A stretch of DNA of 64,000 bases from contig OZ024745.1 of the NCBI GenBank assembly GCA_964016885.1, positions 109,368,001-109,432,000 on the forward strand, written 5' to 3'. How positions within the stretch are numbered: the stretch's first letter is position 1; each line of letters begins with the position of its first letter. Below, piece by piece: positions 23,546 to 37,334 of the stretch. The notes below the pieces were generated by a model, which searched no databases, had not been told where the DNA came from, and saw only the letters and a program-made list of their open reading frames with translations. This DNA is from Eledone cirrhosa. Taxonomy: Eukaryota. A program made the translations under genes and the position numbers.

Positions 23546-24396
23546 TAATAATGTTATTTATGTATATATTTAAAATATATTTGTAATGTTATTTATATGA
23601 CTAAAACGTCTTTTGTAATTTGTTATATGTATAAAAAAAAAAAAAAATTATTTTGAAAATGAATATCATTTGAAATAATTTCATTTCTACAAGTTTGAAT
23701 TGAAAAAATAATTATTCTAAACATTTTTCCTTTTATAAAACAACATTTTATCAACATACTTGTAATCTACACATTCTAAACATCTCTGCAAAATCATTTA
23801 AAATTATACATTAAGAAAATTATGAGGGAACAAAATCAAAGTGGATGGGTGGGGGCACTAAATTGTTGTAATGCTAGTATTGATTGACAACAAACCCTTT
23901 AGTTGTCTTGAGTTAGGTGACTTGGCTTGCCCCATAGCTTTCATCTGTTCACTGGGATGAAAGCAAGCTCACATAGTGTATGCCTTAAGCTTTCAGTTAT
24001 TCAAGAAGCCAGCTTTGATTGTGGATGCATTAATTTTCTTGCTGGAATAGAAGCAAACTCCAATGGTGTATATATATATGTAAAGGAGAAAGACCCCCTT
24101 CGGACATAAATGACCAAGGGATTTGCACCTAGAAAGTTCCCTTCCGAGGCACAAGTCTGGGCAAAGTTGTTTGTGGAAGACCAGCAGTCACCCATGTATA
24201 CCAGCCTGAATGAATGGGAATAAGTCCATTTAAGCTTTTAAGTCCTTTAGCATCTCTGTCACATTCATGTGTTAATAACATTTTAACACATAAGGATGGT
24301 GGGTTGGTAGAATAGTTGCTGCATTTAGCTATGACTTTCTACATTCTGAGTTCAAATCCTGCTTAGGTTAATTTTACATTTCATCCTTTTGGAATC

Positions 24397-24741
24397 ATTA
24401 TCATTTCATCATCATTTCATTTTACGTCCACTTTTCCCTGCATGCAAGGGTGGGACGGTAACTGATTTTGGCTTGATTTCTACAGCTGGATGCCTTTTCT
24501 AACACCAACCTCATTTACAGTGAGTGCTGGGTGCTTTTTGCGGTGGCACCTACACGACCACTTTGCAGTGGAATGATATGGACCCCAGTCCCTATCATCT
24601 CATTTCTACAGCTGAGTAAACTGAAGCAATGTGAAATAAAGTGTCTTGCTCAAGGAAACAACACATCACCTGGTCTGAGAATTGAACTCACAACCTTTCG
24701 ATTGCAAGGCCAATGCTCTAACCACTAAGCCATGTGCCTCC
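24397..24741 (-). mobile_element. SINE family S1 nested inside an older + strand S2 SINE (about 24298-24840)
   Basis: S2 breaks at ...TTTCATCCTTTTGGAATCA and resumes TCAATAAAATAAATTACCAG after the S1 copy. Confidence 0.85.
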
Positions 24742-26754
24742 ATATCAATAAAATAAATTACCAGCCATAAACTGAGGTCATTTTAATTGACTCTCCCTCC
24801 CTCAAATTGCAGGGCTTGTGCCTTAGTTAGGAATCAATATTATTTTAACACTGTTTAAAGTGACCAACTGAGATTAAACTAGTGGACAACATGTGGTAAC
24901 GTTTGATAAGTTGAAAACAAAACCTTTCTGATGTAGCGATTTGTATATTCTAAGGTGATGAATTGGCAGAGTCATTAGAACGTTGGATATAGCCCTTTGT
25001 AGTATTCATTCCAGCTCTTTGCTCTCTGAGTTCAAATCCCACTGAGGTCATCTTTGCCTTTCATCCTTTCGAGGTTGAAAAAAAAGTACCAGTCTAGTGG
25101 TACTGGGGTTGAGTTTTCCTCTATATCTCTTTCTTACTTTCTATCTTTCTCTGGAAGAAATATGCTGTTCTCAGGGCCTGGAGAGGATGGGCTCTACCAG
25201 GCTTAAAATCCCCAAGAATCACTGTATGTTAATACAGCACCCCTACATATCCATCAGGGGTTACGGGACCATACCATACCACCCAGATATTTGAATTCAC
25301 TTTTAATCATTTTGAACAAAAGACAAAATGGTAGCACCAGTATTATTCTTGAGTTTGGGATGCACACACTATGACTAATTAAATAATCATGGGACCTTGA
25401 AATTTTGTTCAGATAACTGGTCTTTAGAAAACTGTGGTTTGACTGTAAAGACATGAAGTAGTAGAAAAAGGCAAAAGTAGCTGATAGAATGCAAACCATA
25501 TATCTTTCAATTGCAAGCTAAATATATAAAATGCCTTATCTACTTGGCCAAGTTATTAATATATCCATTACAATACTACAATGTTTCTTCCTTATTCCTT
25601 TAAAATCCTTCTGTATCACACAAGCTATAAACAACAGACCTTGTTTATTCTTAGAAAGCAACAGTCCATCATAATAGTGTTAGAAGACAAAGTTATTGGC
25701 TTTATCACTTGTATCTACCTATTTTACCATTTATTCTTGCCATTGTAATAATCTCTTTAGTTTTATTGAAATAGTCCTCCACTCATTGATATATTTACAT
25801 CTAACAGCTACATTTTTAAAGTGAAGCCATATTGCAGAATATTCCTCTTCACCACATGTATAAACAAAATATGTGTAATCTCCTCTTTAGAATCATAAGT
25901 ATTCTCCTGTGTTCCATACTTTCTTTGTTGTATGATAAACACTGGAAATGCTGTTTATACCAATTTCATTTATATCTATCTATCCATCTATATATATAGA
26001 GAGATATATGGGAATATAGATATATGGGAATATATGTATGTATATGTAGGTATGTGTGTGTATTTATTATCTTTGTCCTCCTGTAAGTCTCTTGAATTTT
26101 ATAATAATAGTTTACTGGTCGTCATCAAGTTCATGTAATCACCATATTCTTTAGGCTTGCAACCACACAAATATTTCTTCTTATTTCCCCTTTTTTCTAA
26201 CCCCTCTTGTTCTTTATGGGTTTTTCTCTCTTATTACACTTATTTACCCTTGCCTTTTTATGTTTCTCATTTTAACTGTCTCCCTTGCAATTCCCACATT
26301 AAAAAGGTACAGAGCTGCTACAATATAGATAATACATCTAGATGTTTGAATCATATAAAATAAAGAGAGTTAATGGGTCTCAATATATAATTTCTTCAGT
26401 GTTAATGAGACCTTAAATATAGGATTAGAAATAGACAAACTTTAGACAGGTAAAGTTAAAGTTCTCCTTATTCTTGATGGAGTTGTAGAGGCTTCATCCT
26501 GACATACAATATATCTTCTGCATTTGGAGCCTGGTGGAGCCCATCCTTCACCAGATCATACCACAGTTGATTATTTTCTGAGGAAGAATTGAACTTAGTA
26601 CAGGACTGCTACTATATTGACCTCAAAAGGATGAAAACAAACTTTGAGAGTAACTCAAATTAACAAAAAATGCATCTTCTGTTAAGTATTAGGACAATGG
26701 GATTGATGAGTTAATATCTGTATACAACAGCTACAACGGTACGCGATGGGGCCC

Positions 26755-26885
26755 AACCACAGCCCCGGCGGACAGAATGGAGAAGGCATTTTCCTGGAGG
26801 ATGGCAAGGGAGACGCGCTGGAAAAACCACTCCAACTCGCGGGGCTCACACCTGCGGCTGGCCAGCTCAGCACCTATGGGGGTGA
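26755..26885 (-). mobile_element. CRE-type RLE retrotransposon 3' fragment
   Basis: Nucleotide homology to 17130-17265; reads IGAELASRRCEPRELEWFFQRVSLAILQENAFSIL. Confidence 0.7.
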
Positions 26886-27207
26886 GTAAGGAGTTACACA
26901 GTTACACTTCGTTAGTATATTCAGTTTTAGTGAAGTTTTATGCAACGCATATTTATTTAAACAAAGCATGGCTTTTAACTAGTGGATCAAATGTTTATAG
27001 AAGAAAAATAGAATGATTAGCATCAAATATAAGGGACACAATTTTCTGTAAAATCTTAGCCATAGTGATATAACTTTCCCAATAATAGATTTGGACAATT
27101 ACAGTTGACTAAAAACACACTAGCCCTATATTTATTTTAGACTACTTTATTCATTGTTTCACAAAAACTAATGAAACTTTGAATATATTTAGCTCATATT
27201 ATTACTA

Positions 27208-27495
27208 ACATCATCATCACCATCATCATCATTTAACGTCCATTTTCCATTCTAGCAATGGTAGGACAGGTTGTCCCTTTGTGAGAGATCAGGTTGGAGG
27301 ACTGTTTTGACTTAGTTTCTACGGCTGGCTGCCCTTCCTAATGCTAACCACATTTACAGTATGGGTTGGGCACTTTTTTTGTGTCGCCAACATGACCACT
27401 TTCCAGTGGACTGGGCCCTTTTTATCATGACACTTACACAACCACTTTACAATGCGGACTGGGCATTTTTTGTTGTGACACCTACATGACGACTT
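27208..27495 (-). mobile_element. Older S1/RTE-tail related fragment
   Basis: (CAT)n-TTAACGTCCATTTTCC end, TTTCTACGGCTGGCTGCCCTTCC block, about 3 degenerate 45-48 bp internal units. Confidence 0.7.
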
Positions 27496-28193
27496 TATAG
27501 AATCTGGTGCTGGAACCCCCTTGGGTTCTTGTTGTTTTCTTAGACATTGTATCTGCCATGTCCTGAAATTTAAGTTTGATCAGTTAGAAAATGAATACAC
27601 AGTAACAGAAAACATGTACAGGGCCAGTTTGGTTTGAGTCACCCTATATTTAAGGATATCAGAGCCATCTAACCTTTGCTATGAATAATGGATAACATCC
27701 ATATATTATTTGTATGAAGAAAAAACACTAAGGATCTTGTCCATAGAGAAATCAAAGCCTATGGCACGATCTACCTGATCTTTAAGATTGAAGGTGAAAC
27801 TTGGGATACACACTGATTGTGTGCAAAACATTAGCTTATAAGCTCATGCCCCAGTACATGTGGCAACATGATACAAGTGTGACAGGGGTGTTACAACTTA
27901 CATTAACCCCTGCTTTGTTGTTACAATTGTAGCTTAATATGGGCTGGTTATATGAACACAAGTAACAAGAAATGATGTATAATTTTACAAACAAAACCAG
28001 CCAGTAGGAGACCAAGTGGTAGACTCTGAGCCAGAAGGTTGGATAGGTCTCACTTGGAGATCCAGCTGGTTCAATGGGACATGGTTACTTCTGACAGGAC
28101 CTGTTGGAATGTGTGCTTGAAGATTCTGCCCCAATGACCCACCTAAGAATAAGTGGATGAAGAAGGACGAGGAGTAGGGAGAGGGGCAAGATA

Positions 28194-28388
28194 CTAGAGG
28201 AGGAGGGCAGAAGAAAAAGTAGATGAAATAGATGATGATGATGATGATGATATAAAAAATATTAAACAACATAAGAATAACCATTTAGATAGTAGAGGAG
28301 GAGGGCAGAAGAAAACGTAGATGATATAGATGATAATGATGATGATGATGATGATATAAAAAATATTAAACAACATAAGAATAACCAT
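28194..28388. repeat. About 95-100 bp direct tandem duplication
   Basis: TAGAGGAGGAGGGCAGAAGAAAA...ATAAGAATAACCATTT occurs twice. Confidence 0.85.
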
Positions 28389-29123
28389 TTCATAAAATAA
28401 ACTCCAGACACATGAACCAGGTAAAATAGGTACTAGGCTAAGAATTTTGGAGGAGGGAAAATTGACTAAATCAACCTCAGTGCATTACTGGTACTTTATT
28501 TTATCGACCCCGTAAGGATGAAAAGCAAAGCTACCCTTGGCGGGATTTGAACTCAAAACATAAAGGGACATAACTATACGCTGCAAAGATTGTTGTCCGA
28601 CACTATACTGAAACTGCCAGTCCCTCACCCTTAGTAATAATAATAATAATGATTTCTATTGTAGGCAAAAGGCCAGCAATTTGTGGAGAGGGGAAAGTTG
28701 ATTAAATCACCCCCAGTACAATACTGGTACTTTATTTTATCGACCCCGTAAGGATGAAAGGCAAAGTTAACCTCGGCAGGATTTGAACTCAGATCATAAA
28801 GGGGCATCACCCATAAAGGGCATTGTCCGACGCAAAATATTGCATGCAAATCAGAATGAAACAAGCTTCCTTTGTCCTATAGACTGATAACACATCAAAC
28901 AAACAAAATATGCTGCAACTGCATGAATTTGGAAAATCAGGCTTAAAACTTTATTGCCTGAGGGGATTAAAACAGGAGAAATAGTGTAGATAGGTCTATC
29001 AGTGATTATATTTACACAAGAAAAACCTTGTTCTTGACATGGACTGCATTTCTGATGGGTGTCAAGAATATTTGAAACTAATGTGGGAGAAACCACTTCC
29101 CCACTCCTGCAAAAAGTCAATAT

Positions 29124-30173
29124 TATATATATATATATATATATATGTGTATATGTATGTATGTATATGTATGTATGTATATGTATGTATGTATATGTAT
29201 GTATGTATATGTATGTACATATATATATGTGTATGTATATATATATATATGTGTATGTATATATATATGTATGTGTATGTATATATATATGTATGTGTAT
29301 GTATATATGTATGTGTATGTATATATATATGTATGTGTATGTATATATGTATGTGTATGTATATATATATGTATGTGTATATATATATGTATATGTATAT
29401 ATATGTATATGTATATATATGTATATATATATGTATATGTATATATATGTATATATGTATATATGTATATATATGTATATATGTATATATATGTATATAT
29501 GTATACATATGTATATATATATGTATATGTATATATATGTATATATATATGTATATATATATGTATATGTATATATATGTATATGTATATATATGTGTAT
29601 GTATATGTATATATATGTGTATATATATGTATATATATATGTGTATATATATGTATATATATATATGTGTATATATATGTATATATATATATGTATATAT
29701 ATATGTATATATATGTATATATATATGTATATATATGTATATATATATGTATATATATGTATATATATGTATATATATATGTATATATATGTATATATAT
29801 ATGTATATATATATGTATATATATATGTATATATATATGTATATATATATGTATATATATATGTATATATATATGTATATATATGTGTATATATATGTGT
29901 ATATATATGTATATATATATGTATATATGTATATATATATATGTATATATATGTATATATGTATATATATATATGTATATATATGTATATATATGTATAT
30001 ATATATGTATATATATGTATATATATGTATATATATATGTATATATATGTATATATATATGTATATATATATATGTATATATATGTATATATATATGTAT
30101 ATATATATATGTATATATATGTATGTATATATATGTATATATATGTATGTATATATATGTATATATATGTATG

Positions 30174-30213
<40 letters not shown>

Positions 30214-30301
30214 TGTATGTATATATATATATGTATGTATATATATATGTATGTATATATATATGTATGTATATATATATGTATGTATATATATATGTAT
30301 G

Positions 30302-30371
<70 letters not shown>

Positions 30372-30423
30372 TATGTATGTACATATATGAATGTATATAT
30401 ATATATGTATGTAGGTGTATATA

Positions 30424-30461
<38 letters not shown>

Positions 30462-30510
30462 AACACATGTGTGTGAGTATACATACACGCATATATATAT
30501 ATATATATGA
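29124..30510. repeat. Compound (TA)n/(TATG)n microsatellite
   Basis: Direct reading; similar tracts at 30887-31742 and 34420-34918. Confidence 0.95.
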
Positions 30511-30883
30511 GGTAAGTGAAACCGAACATTGGTCAATATTTTCCTAGGTAGTTAGTTGCTGGCAAAAATTTGTTGGTCAGCATACAAATGAGAGAAATAA
30601 TAGCTTGTTTGTTACATGAAGAACAGGTGGAATAATATTAATGGTAACAGTTCGTTTTGACAGACAGATGCACATACAACAACAAATAACAATAATAATA
30701 AGGTTAAAGAAGCTACAGGGGCTAAAACATCTTTTAACTGTTGATTTATGACCACTGAAAAAAGTGTTGGTTGGGTCTTAATTTGGCATAAGCAATGGCA
30801 AAGGGATTTTGTTGAGGGACCTTTTATCTGATAGAGCAAGCAAATCAGGAATTTAGAATACAGGTTTTTACTTTAACATTTAC

Positions 30884-30944
<61 letters not shown>

Positions 30945-31199
30945 GTGTATGTATGTATGTGTGTGTGTATGTATGTATGTATATATATATGTATGTATGT
31001 ATATATGTATGTATATATATATGTATGTATATATATATGTATGTATGTATATATGTATGTATGTATATATGTATGTATGTATATATGTATGTATATATGT
31101 ATGTATGTATATATGTATGTATATATGTATGTATGTATATATGTATATATGTATGTATATATGTATGTATGTATATATGTATGTATATATGTATGTATG

Positions 31200-31230
<31 letters not shown>

Positions 31231-31703
31231 ATATGTATATGTATATATGTATATATATGTATGTATATTTATAAATGTATGTATATATATAAATGTATGT
31301 ATATGTATATATATGTATGTATGTATATATATATATGTATGTATATGTATATATATATATGTATGTATATGTATATATATATATGTATATGTATGTATGT
31401 ATATATATATATGTATGTATATGTATATATATATATGTATATATATATATGTATATATATGTATATATATATATATGTATGTGTATGTATGTATATATAT
31501 ATATGTATGTATATGTATATATATATATGTATATATATATATGTATGTATATATATATATATGTATGTATATGTATGTATATATATGTATATATATATAT
31601 ATGTATGTATATGTATATATATATATGTATATATATATATGTGTATGTATATGTATGTATATATATGTATATATATATATGTGTATGTATATGTATGTAT
31701 ATA

Positions 31704-31744
<41 letters not shown>

Positions 31745-32443
31745 AAGTATGTTTGTGTGTATGTTGGGTAGGGGTGTGTTTTGTAGTTTTTGTTTCCGTT
31801 TTTTTTTTTGTTTTTGTTTTTCTATTTTCTTTTGTTCTCTGGATCATGTTCCTTGTTCAAGAAGAGGAGTTTGGCAGCAAAAGCAATAGAGAATGGAAAA
31901 GCCACAATGGAGACAGATAATATAAAAAAAATAGTACAAAGGAGGAGAATAAGGTAGGGATAAGAAAAATGTTGATGGTGTAGGGAATAATGATAAGTAC
32001 GAAGAAAAGAAAGAAAAAATGGTGGTGTGAGGCAATAATGATAGGTAAGAGGGGAAAAACAATGGTGATGTGGTATAATGATTATAATAATAATAATAAT
32101 AATAAGGATAGTAATAATAATAATAATAATATTAATAGTGATAGTGATGATAATAATATGTATTAACAAACCAAACTCATACACACACACACAAAAATAA
32201 AATATCCCAAAATAAAAATGTTGAAGAAAAATTCTTGCAATTTCGTCAAAAAGAGTTTTCAGAGAAAAGATAATAAAACAACAACCTTAAAGAAGAAGAA
32301 TAAAAGAACATCTTTCGAAGTTCTCTCTCTCTCTCTCTCTACCCATCATCCACATTAAATCTGTTCTTGATGAAATGACTTCATATTGCAAACACAAAAC
32401 ACATGTGTTGCCAATAATAATAATAATAATAATTATAGTAGTA

Positions 32444-32597
32444 ATGGTTATAATAGTAATAATAATAATAATTTCTTTATTGGCCACAAGGGCTGACATC
32501 AAGAAAAACATTACAGACGGTACAGGACGGTACGATGTGGGTTTTGTGCGTGTAAAGATTTTTATTATTTATATAAGAAAAGAAAAAAAGACATAGA

Positions 32598-32665
<68 letters not shown>

Positions 32666-32819
32666 TCTATGTCTTTTTTTCTTTTCTTATATAAATAATA
32701 AAAATCTTTACACGCACAAAACCCACATCGTACCGTCCTGTACCGTCTGTAATGTTTTTCTTGATGTCAGCCCTTGTGGCCAATAAAGAAATTATTATTA
32801 TTATTACTATTATAACCAT
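32444..32819. repeat. 376-bp perfect palindrome centred on (TA)n
   Basis: 32444-32600 is the reverse complement of 32663-32819, with (AT)n at 32601-32662; arms contain a Tx1-like LINE tail plus flank. Confidence 0.9.
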
Positions 32820-33144
32820 GGTTAGAGCATTGGGCTTGCAATCGAAAAGTTGTGAGGTCAATTCTCAGACCGGGTGATGGATGTGTTGTTTCCTTGAGCA
32901 AGACACTTTATTTCACATTGCTCCAGTTTACTCAGCTGTAGAAATGAGATGATAGGGACTGGGGTCCCTATCATTCCACTGCAAAGTGGTCGTGGAGGTG
33001 CCACGGCAAAAAAGCACCCAGCACTCACTGTAAATGAGGTTGGTGTTAGGAAGGGCATCCAGCTGTAGAAATCAAGCCAGAATCAGTTCTCGTCCCACCC
33101 TTGCAAGCAGGGAAAAGCGGACGTAAAATGAAATGATGATGATG
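32820..33144 (+). mobile_element. SINE family S1, missing about 15 nt of its 5' end
   Basis: Starts GGTTAGAGCATTGGGC directly after the palindrome arm; ends GGACGTAAAATGAAATGATGATG. Confidence 0.88.
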
Positions 33145-33149
33145 AAAAA

Positions 33150-34018
33150 ATGAAAATTGAAACAATGAAAAATTCCCCAATAGGGGGGAATAGGGGGGAA
33201 ACCTCCGAGGGTTACTCGTGGTGAAAACCACACAAAAGACCACGGCCACCCTGACCACCAAGGCAAGCGCCCTCTCTCAAGTTTTCCATTTCTCAAACTA
33301 CAGGCGTATATTCAAAGCGGTCCCGTTCACTTGGACCATTCTCACTACATTCACCCAGCTTTCAACAAACTTTCTAGATGGCAGCACTTGCTTCTCCACC
33401 CTGATTTTCCTCTTCAAGTAATGATGATAATAATAATGCTTTCTTTATTAACCACAAGGGTTTACATAAAGTAGACATTAAGGACAATACAGGACGGTAC
33501 AAATGGGCATTTCTGCGTGTAAAAAAAGAAAAAACAGAGGATGTAACAAAAAAGGAACAATGAAAAATTCCCCAATAGGGGGGAGACTTCCGCGGGCCAT
33601 CGGGGAGAAAACCGATTAAAAAAATCCACAGTGACCCTGACCACCAGGGCAAGTGCCCTCTCCCAGTTTTCCACCTTCAATTTACAGGCAAATACTCAGA
33701 GTAGGCCAATTCACTCGGGTCATTCTTGCCTCTCTCACCCATCTTTCAACAAAATGCTGGGAAGAGAGCACTTCCCTCTCTACCCTGATTTTCCTTTTTA
33801 AATGAAATTTGGAAAAGTTAATCAGGGCATCACCGAAGAGGTAAGTGCTTGTCTTCAACCCTTTCAGACGCGTCCACCATACTATCTCTTTCGCCATGGC
33901 CACCAGACAGATAAAAACTGCCTGCCCTTCCTGGCTAAAGGAAGAGGGCGGGGCAATCCTCACGATGGACTCAGCTGATAGCCGGATCTGTTCTACAGGT
34001 GACAGCAGGGGTTCGACA
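33150..34018 (-). mobile_element. Two stacked Tx1/L1-like LINE 3' fragments (33150-33418; 33428-34018)
   Basis: ORF 33682..34071(-) AMAKEIVWWTRLKGL...LKRKIRVEREVL..FVERWV; second copy LKRKIRVEKQVL..FVESWV; tail CTTGTGG..AATAAAGAAA(TTA)n, also at 32460-32600 and 34200-34310. Confidence 0.7.
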
Positions 34019-35404
34019 TAATAATAATTGTTTCTACTTTTTGGCACAAGGCCAACAATTACCCAGTGCATTACTGGTATTTTATTTTATCGACCCCGTA
34101 AGGATGAAAGGCAAAGTTAACCTCGGTGGGATTTGAACTCAGAATGGCAAGGGCCGTAACTCTATGCGTCAAAGCATGGCGTCCGACCCTCTATCGACAT
34201 AATAATAATGATTTCTTTATTGGCCACAAGGGCTGATATCAAGAAGAAACATTACAGACGGCACAGGGCGGTACAATGTGGGTTTTGTGCGTGTAAAGAT
34301 TTTTAATATTTATAATAATAATAATTGTTGTGAAAAGGATACTAAGTGTAGTGGTAGTTATCAGTGATATTAGTAGTGGTTGTTGTGATACAGTAGTAAA
34401 ATAAATTAAAATAAACACATATATGCGTGTGTGTGTATGTGTGCATATATGTGTATGTATGTGTGTGTGTGTGTGTGCGTGTCTATGTATACATGTGTGT
34501 GTTTACTAGAATATACATATTTAAATATGGAAATGTTTTTGTATATGCGTAGACATAGACATAGACATACATGCATACATGTATGTATATATATACACAC
34601 TTGCATACATGTATGTATACACACACATGTATATATATATATACATACAAACTTGTATATATATATACACACTTGCATACATGTATGTATATATATATAT
34701 ACACACTTGCATACATGTACGTATACACACACATGTATATATATATACATACACACTTGTATATATATATATACATACACACTTGTATATATATATATAT
34801 ACACACTTGCATATATATATATATATACACACTTGCATACATGTATATATGTATACACACTTGCATACATGTACATATATATATATATATATGCACACTT
34901 GCATATATGTATGTATATAAAACAAATAGATAAGTAAATTATTTGGAATTCTGGAAACTGGAGATGACAACATGCTGGAATGGTAGAGACAGAAAGAGAG
35001 TAATGATGATGAAGCAGAGTAGAGAGGATGAGATAAAGGGTGAAAGTGTGAGAGATAGAGATGAAAGCGACAACATGGTAAATGGCATTCGGCCAAAATA
35101 TGAGTTGGGTATTATCCTAAATAAACAGCTGGACCGGGAATGGCGTTATATGCAAGGGAAGATGCAACATAAGGAATTCTGCAAATATGTCTAAACTTTT
35201 TTACTCGACAACTGCAAAAGCCACAGTGCTACAGATTTACTTATATAATATATATATATATATATATATGTATATGTGTATGTATGTGTGTGTGTATATG
35301 TGTATATGTGTGTGTGTGTATGTCTGTGTATATATGTGTATATATATATATATGTATATGTATATGTATATATATGTATATGTGTATATGTATATATATA
35401 TATT

Positions 35405-35657
35405 TAAGTATTGAAGTTTCCATTGAAAATTGAAAAAGACAGACGAATGAAGAGTGCTCTATGTAAGTTACAGAGCTAAATATTTAATGTATAATAAACA
35501 ATACAATATAATTACCTCATTACCAAAGGTTTCCCCGAATAAGACAAATACAAGAATTGCCTTGTCTGACGAACGAATGCAGATGTTTCTTGTATTCGTC
35601 TTATTCGGGAAACCTTTGGTAATGAGGTAATTATATTGTATTGTTTATTATACATTA

Positions 35658-35662
<5 letters not shown>
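35405..35662 (-). mobile_element. TA-flanked inverted-arm element family E with 5' half of HHR in the spacer
   Basis: Arms 35480-35556 / 35587-35662; spacer TTGCCTTGT-CTGACGA(35566-35572)-ACGAATGCAG..TTGTATTCGT hairpin; tail 35405-35479. Confidence 0.8.
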
Positions 35663-35726
<64 letters not shown>

Positions 35727-36036
35727 GTGTATATATATATATTTATATATATATATATATATATATAAAAAGAATGATTAATAAAATGTTTATTAATTAT
35801 TCTTATCTACACTCCGGAATATAGAAGAATTGGAAACCAAGTTTCTTTAACTGTTCTTTTGTAACTTGTTGACTCTATCTAATGTAGTAATTAACCATTA
35901 CTGCATTCAGGATAATCCTAAGCATTTCTTGCATAACCTAATTATATATATATATATATATATATAATACATTATAAAGAAAGAAGAAACATTAGACATA
36001 AATAAAACAATATATATATACCCAATATTCTTCGAC

Positions 36037-36130
36037 ATCCTCAACTGCGCAGTTTCGTGGCTACTATGCAAAAACACTACATCATAGAGATGCAGTATTT
36101 TTGTGAGGTTTGCCAACTTATCAAGAGAAT
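36037..36130 (-). ncRNA. Degenerate hammerhead motif with long stem II
   Basis: Minus strand: ATTCTC-TTGATAA-GTTGGC..CAAAAATACTGCATC tctat GATGTAGTGTTTTTG..GCCAC-GAAA-CTGCGCAG-T-T-GAGGAT; inside TA-flanked insert 36021-36383. Confidence 0.6.
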
Positions 36131-36383
36131 AACTCATTTAAAGTTTCAAAATAAGTCTGCAAGGCGCGAGAGAGAACCCGGAAAGGCGGAGGGGGAACTT
36201 ATCACGTGATACAGCGGTCAAGAAACAGAGTTAAGCCTCTTGCAACCAAGAGAAAAATACCACAAATGGCGGAGGGGGTATTAATATCTTGGCCACAGAC
36301 GAGGTGGCTAAGGAGGGCTAGAAGTGTAAATAGTGTAAGTTTGACAGCAGTCACTATACTTCTGTGGTTACTCTACCATAGGG

Positions 36384-36420
<37 letters not shown>

Positions 36421-36422
36421 GT

Positions 36423-36762
36423 GTCATTATCATTTCATTTCATTTTACGTCAGCTTTTTCCCTGCTTGCAAGGGTGGGACGGGAACTGATTCTGGCTTGA
36501 TTTCTACAGCTGGATGCCCTTCCTAACACCAACCTCATTTACAGTGAGTGCTGGGTGCTTTTTTTGCCGTGGAACCTCCACGACCACTTTGCAGTGGAAT
36601 GATAGGGACCCCAGTCCCTATCATCTCATTTCTACAGCTGAGTAAACTGGAGCAATGTGAAATAAAGTGCTCAAGGAAACAACACATCACTCGGTCTGAG
36701 AATTGAACTCACAACCTTTCGATTGTAAGCCCAATGCTCTAACCACTAAGTCATGTGCCTCC
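36423..36762 (-). mobile_element. SINE family S1
   Basis: Near-identical to other S1 copies; short deletion in the CORE-like block. Confidence 0.9.
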
Positions 36763-36771
36763 ATGTATATG

Positions 36772-36802
<31 letters not shown>

Positions 36803-36808
36803 GTGTTA

Positions 36809-36856
<48 letters not shown>

Positions 36857-37063
36857 ATGTGTGTGTATATATATATATACACATATACAAATATATATAT
36901 ATATATATATACATACACACAGACAGGTATAAATGTTTTGGGTCCTTTTTAACTCTCTACATTTATTTTATATTATATGTTTTAAAATGTATTGAGTAGT
37001 ATATTGATTAATATACTCGTATAAACACGCACACATATATATATATAAAATTATATATATTAT

Positions 37064-37181
37064 AAAAGGTCGGGACCCAGTTTCATTATAACCATACTCT
37101 ACTACCCCAAGTATCGAGTACTCTGTTGAGTAATGGTCTAACCAGTTTCAAACTGGTTCTCTCCTGATTTATCTACCTCCA
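37064..37181 (+). mobile_element. Family D tail-only insertion
   Basis: ACTCTACTACCCCAAGTATCGAGTACTCTG..TGGTCTAACCAGTTTC, homologous to reverse complement of 6890-6975. Confidence 0.7.
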
Positions 37182-37228
<47 letters not shown>

Positions 37229-37334
37229 ATATATATATGTATATAATATATGTATATATATATATATATATATATGCATATATATAATATCCCATGAGGA
37301 CAAGCTGAAGTATACATCCAGTGAAGCCTCCAGC

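Larger units (their letters stand above)
25260..29106 (-). pseudogene. Possible decayed LRR-receptor gene (exon-like relics interrupted by repeats)
   Basis: Colinear on -: [32 protein letters not shown] (LRRNT-like, after tttttgcAG), FFLHTNNIWML / ALISLNIG, SLSISN..LTLKKLYIE, ITLSSNTIMMDCCFL (LRRCT-like); in-frame stops; motif reading by eye only. Confidence 0.3.

Noticed and set aside
28851-31889. Multiple 200-560 aa Y/I/M/C/V-rich ORFs
   Set aside because: Open in nearly all frames over TA/TG microsatellites; only the unique 28851-29106 portion was considered further.
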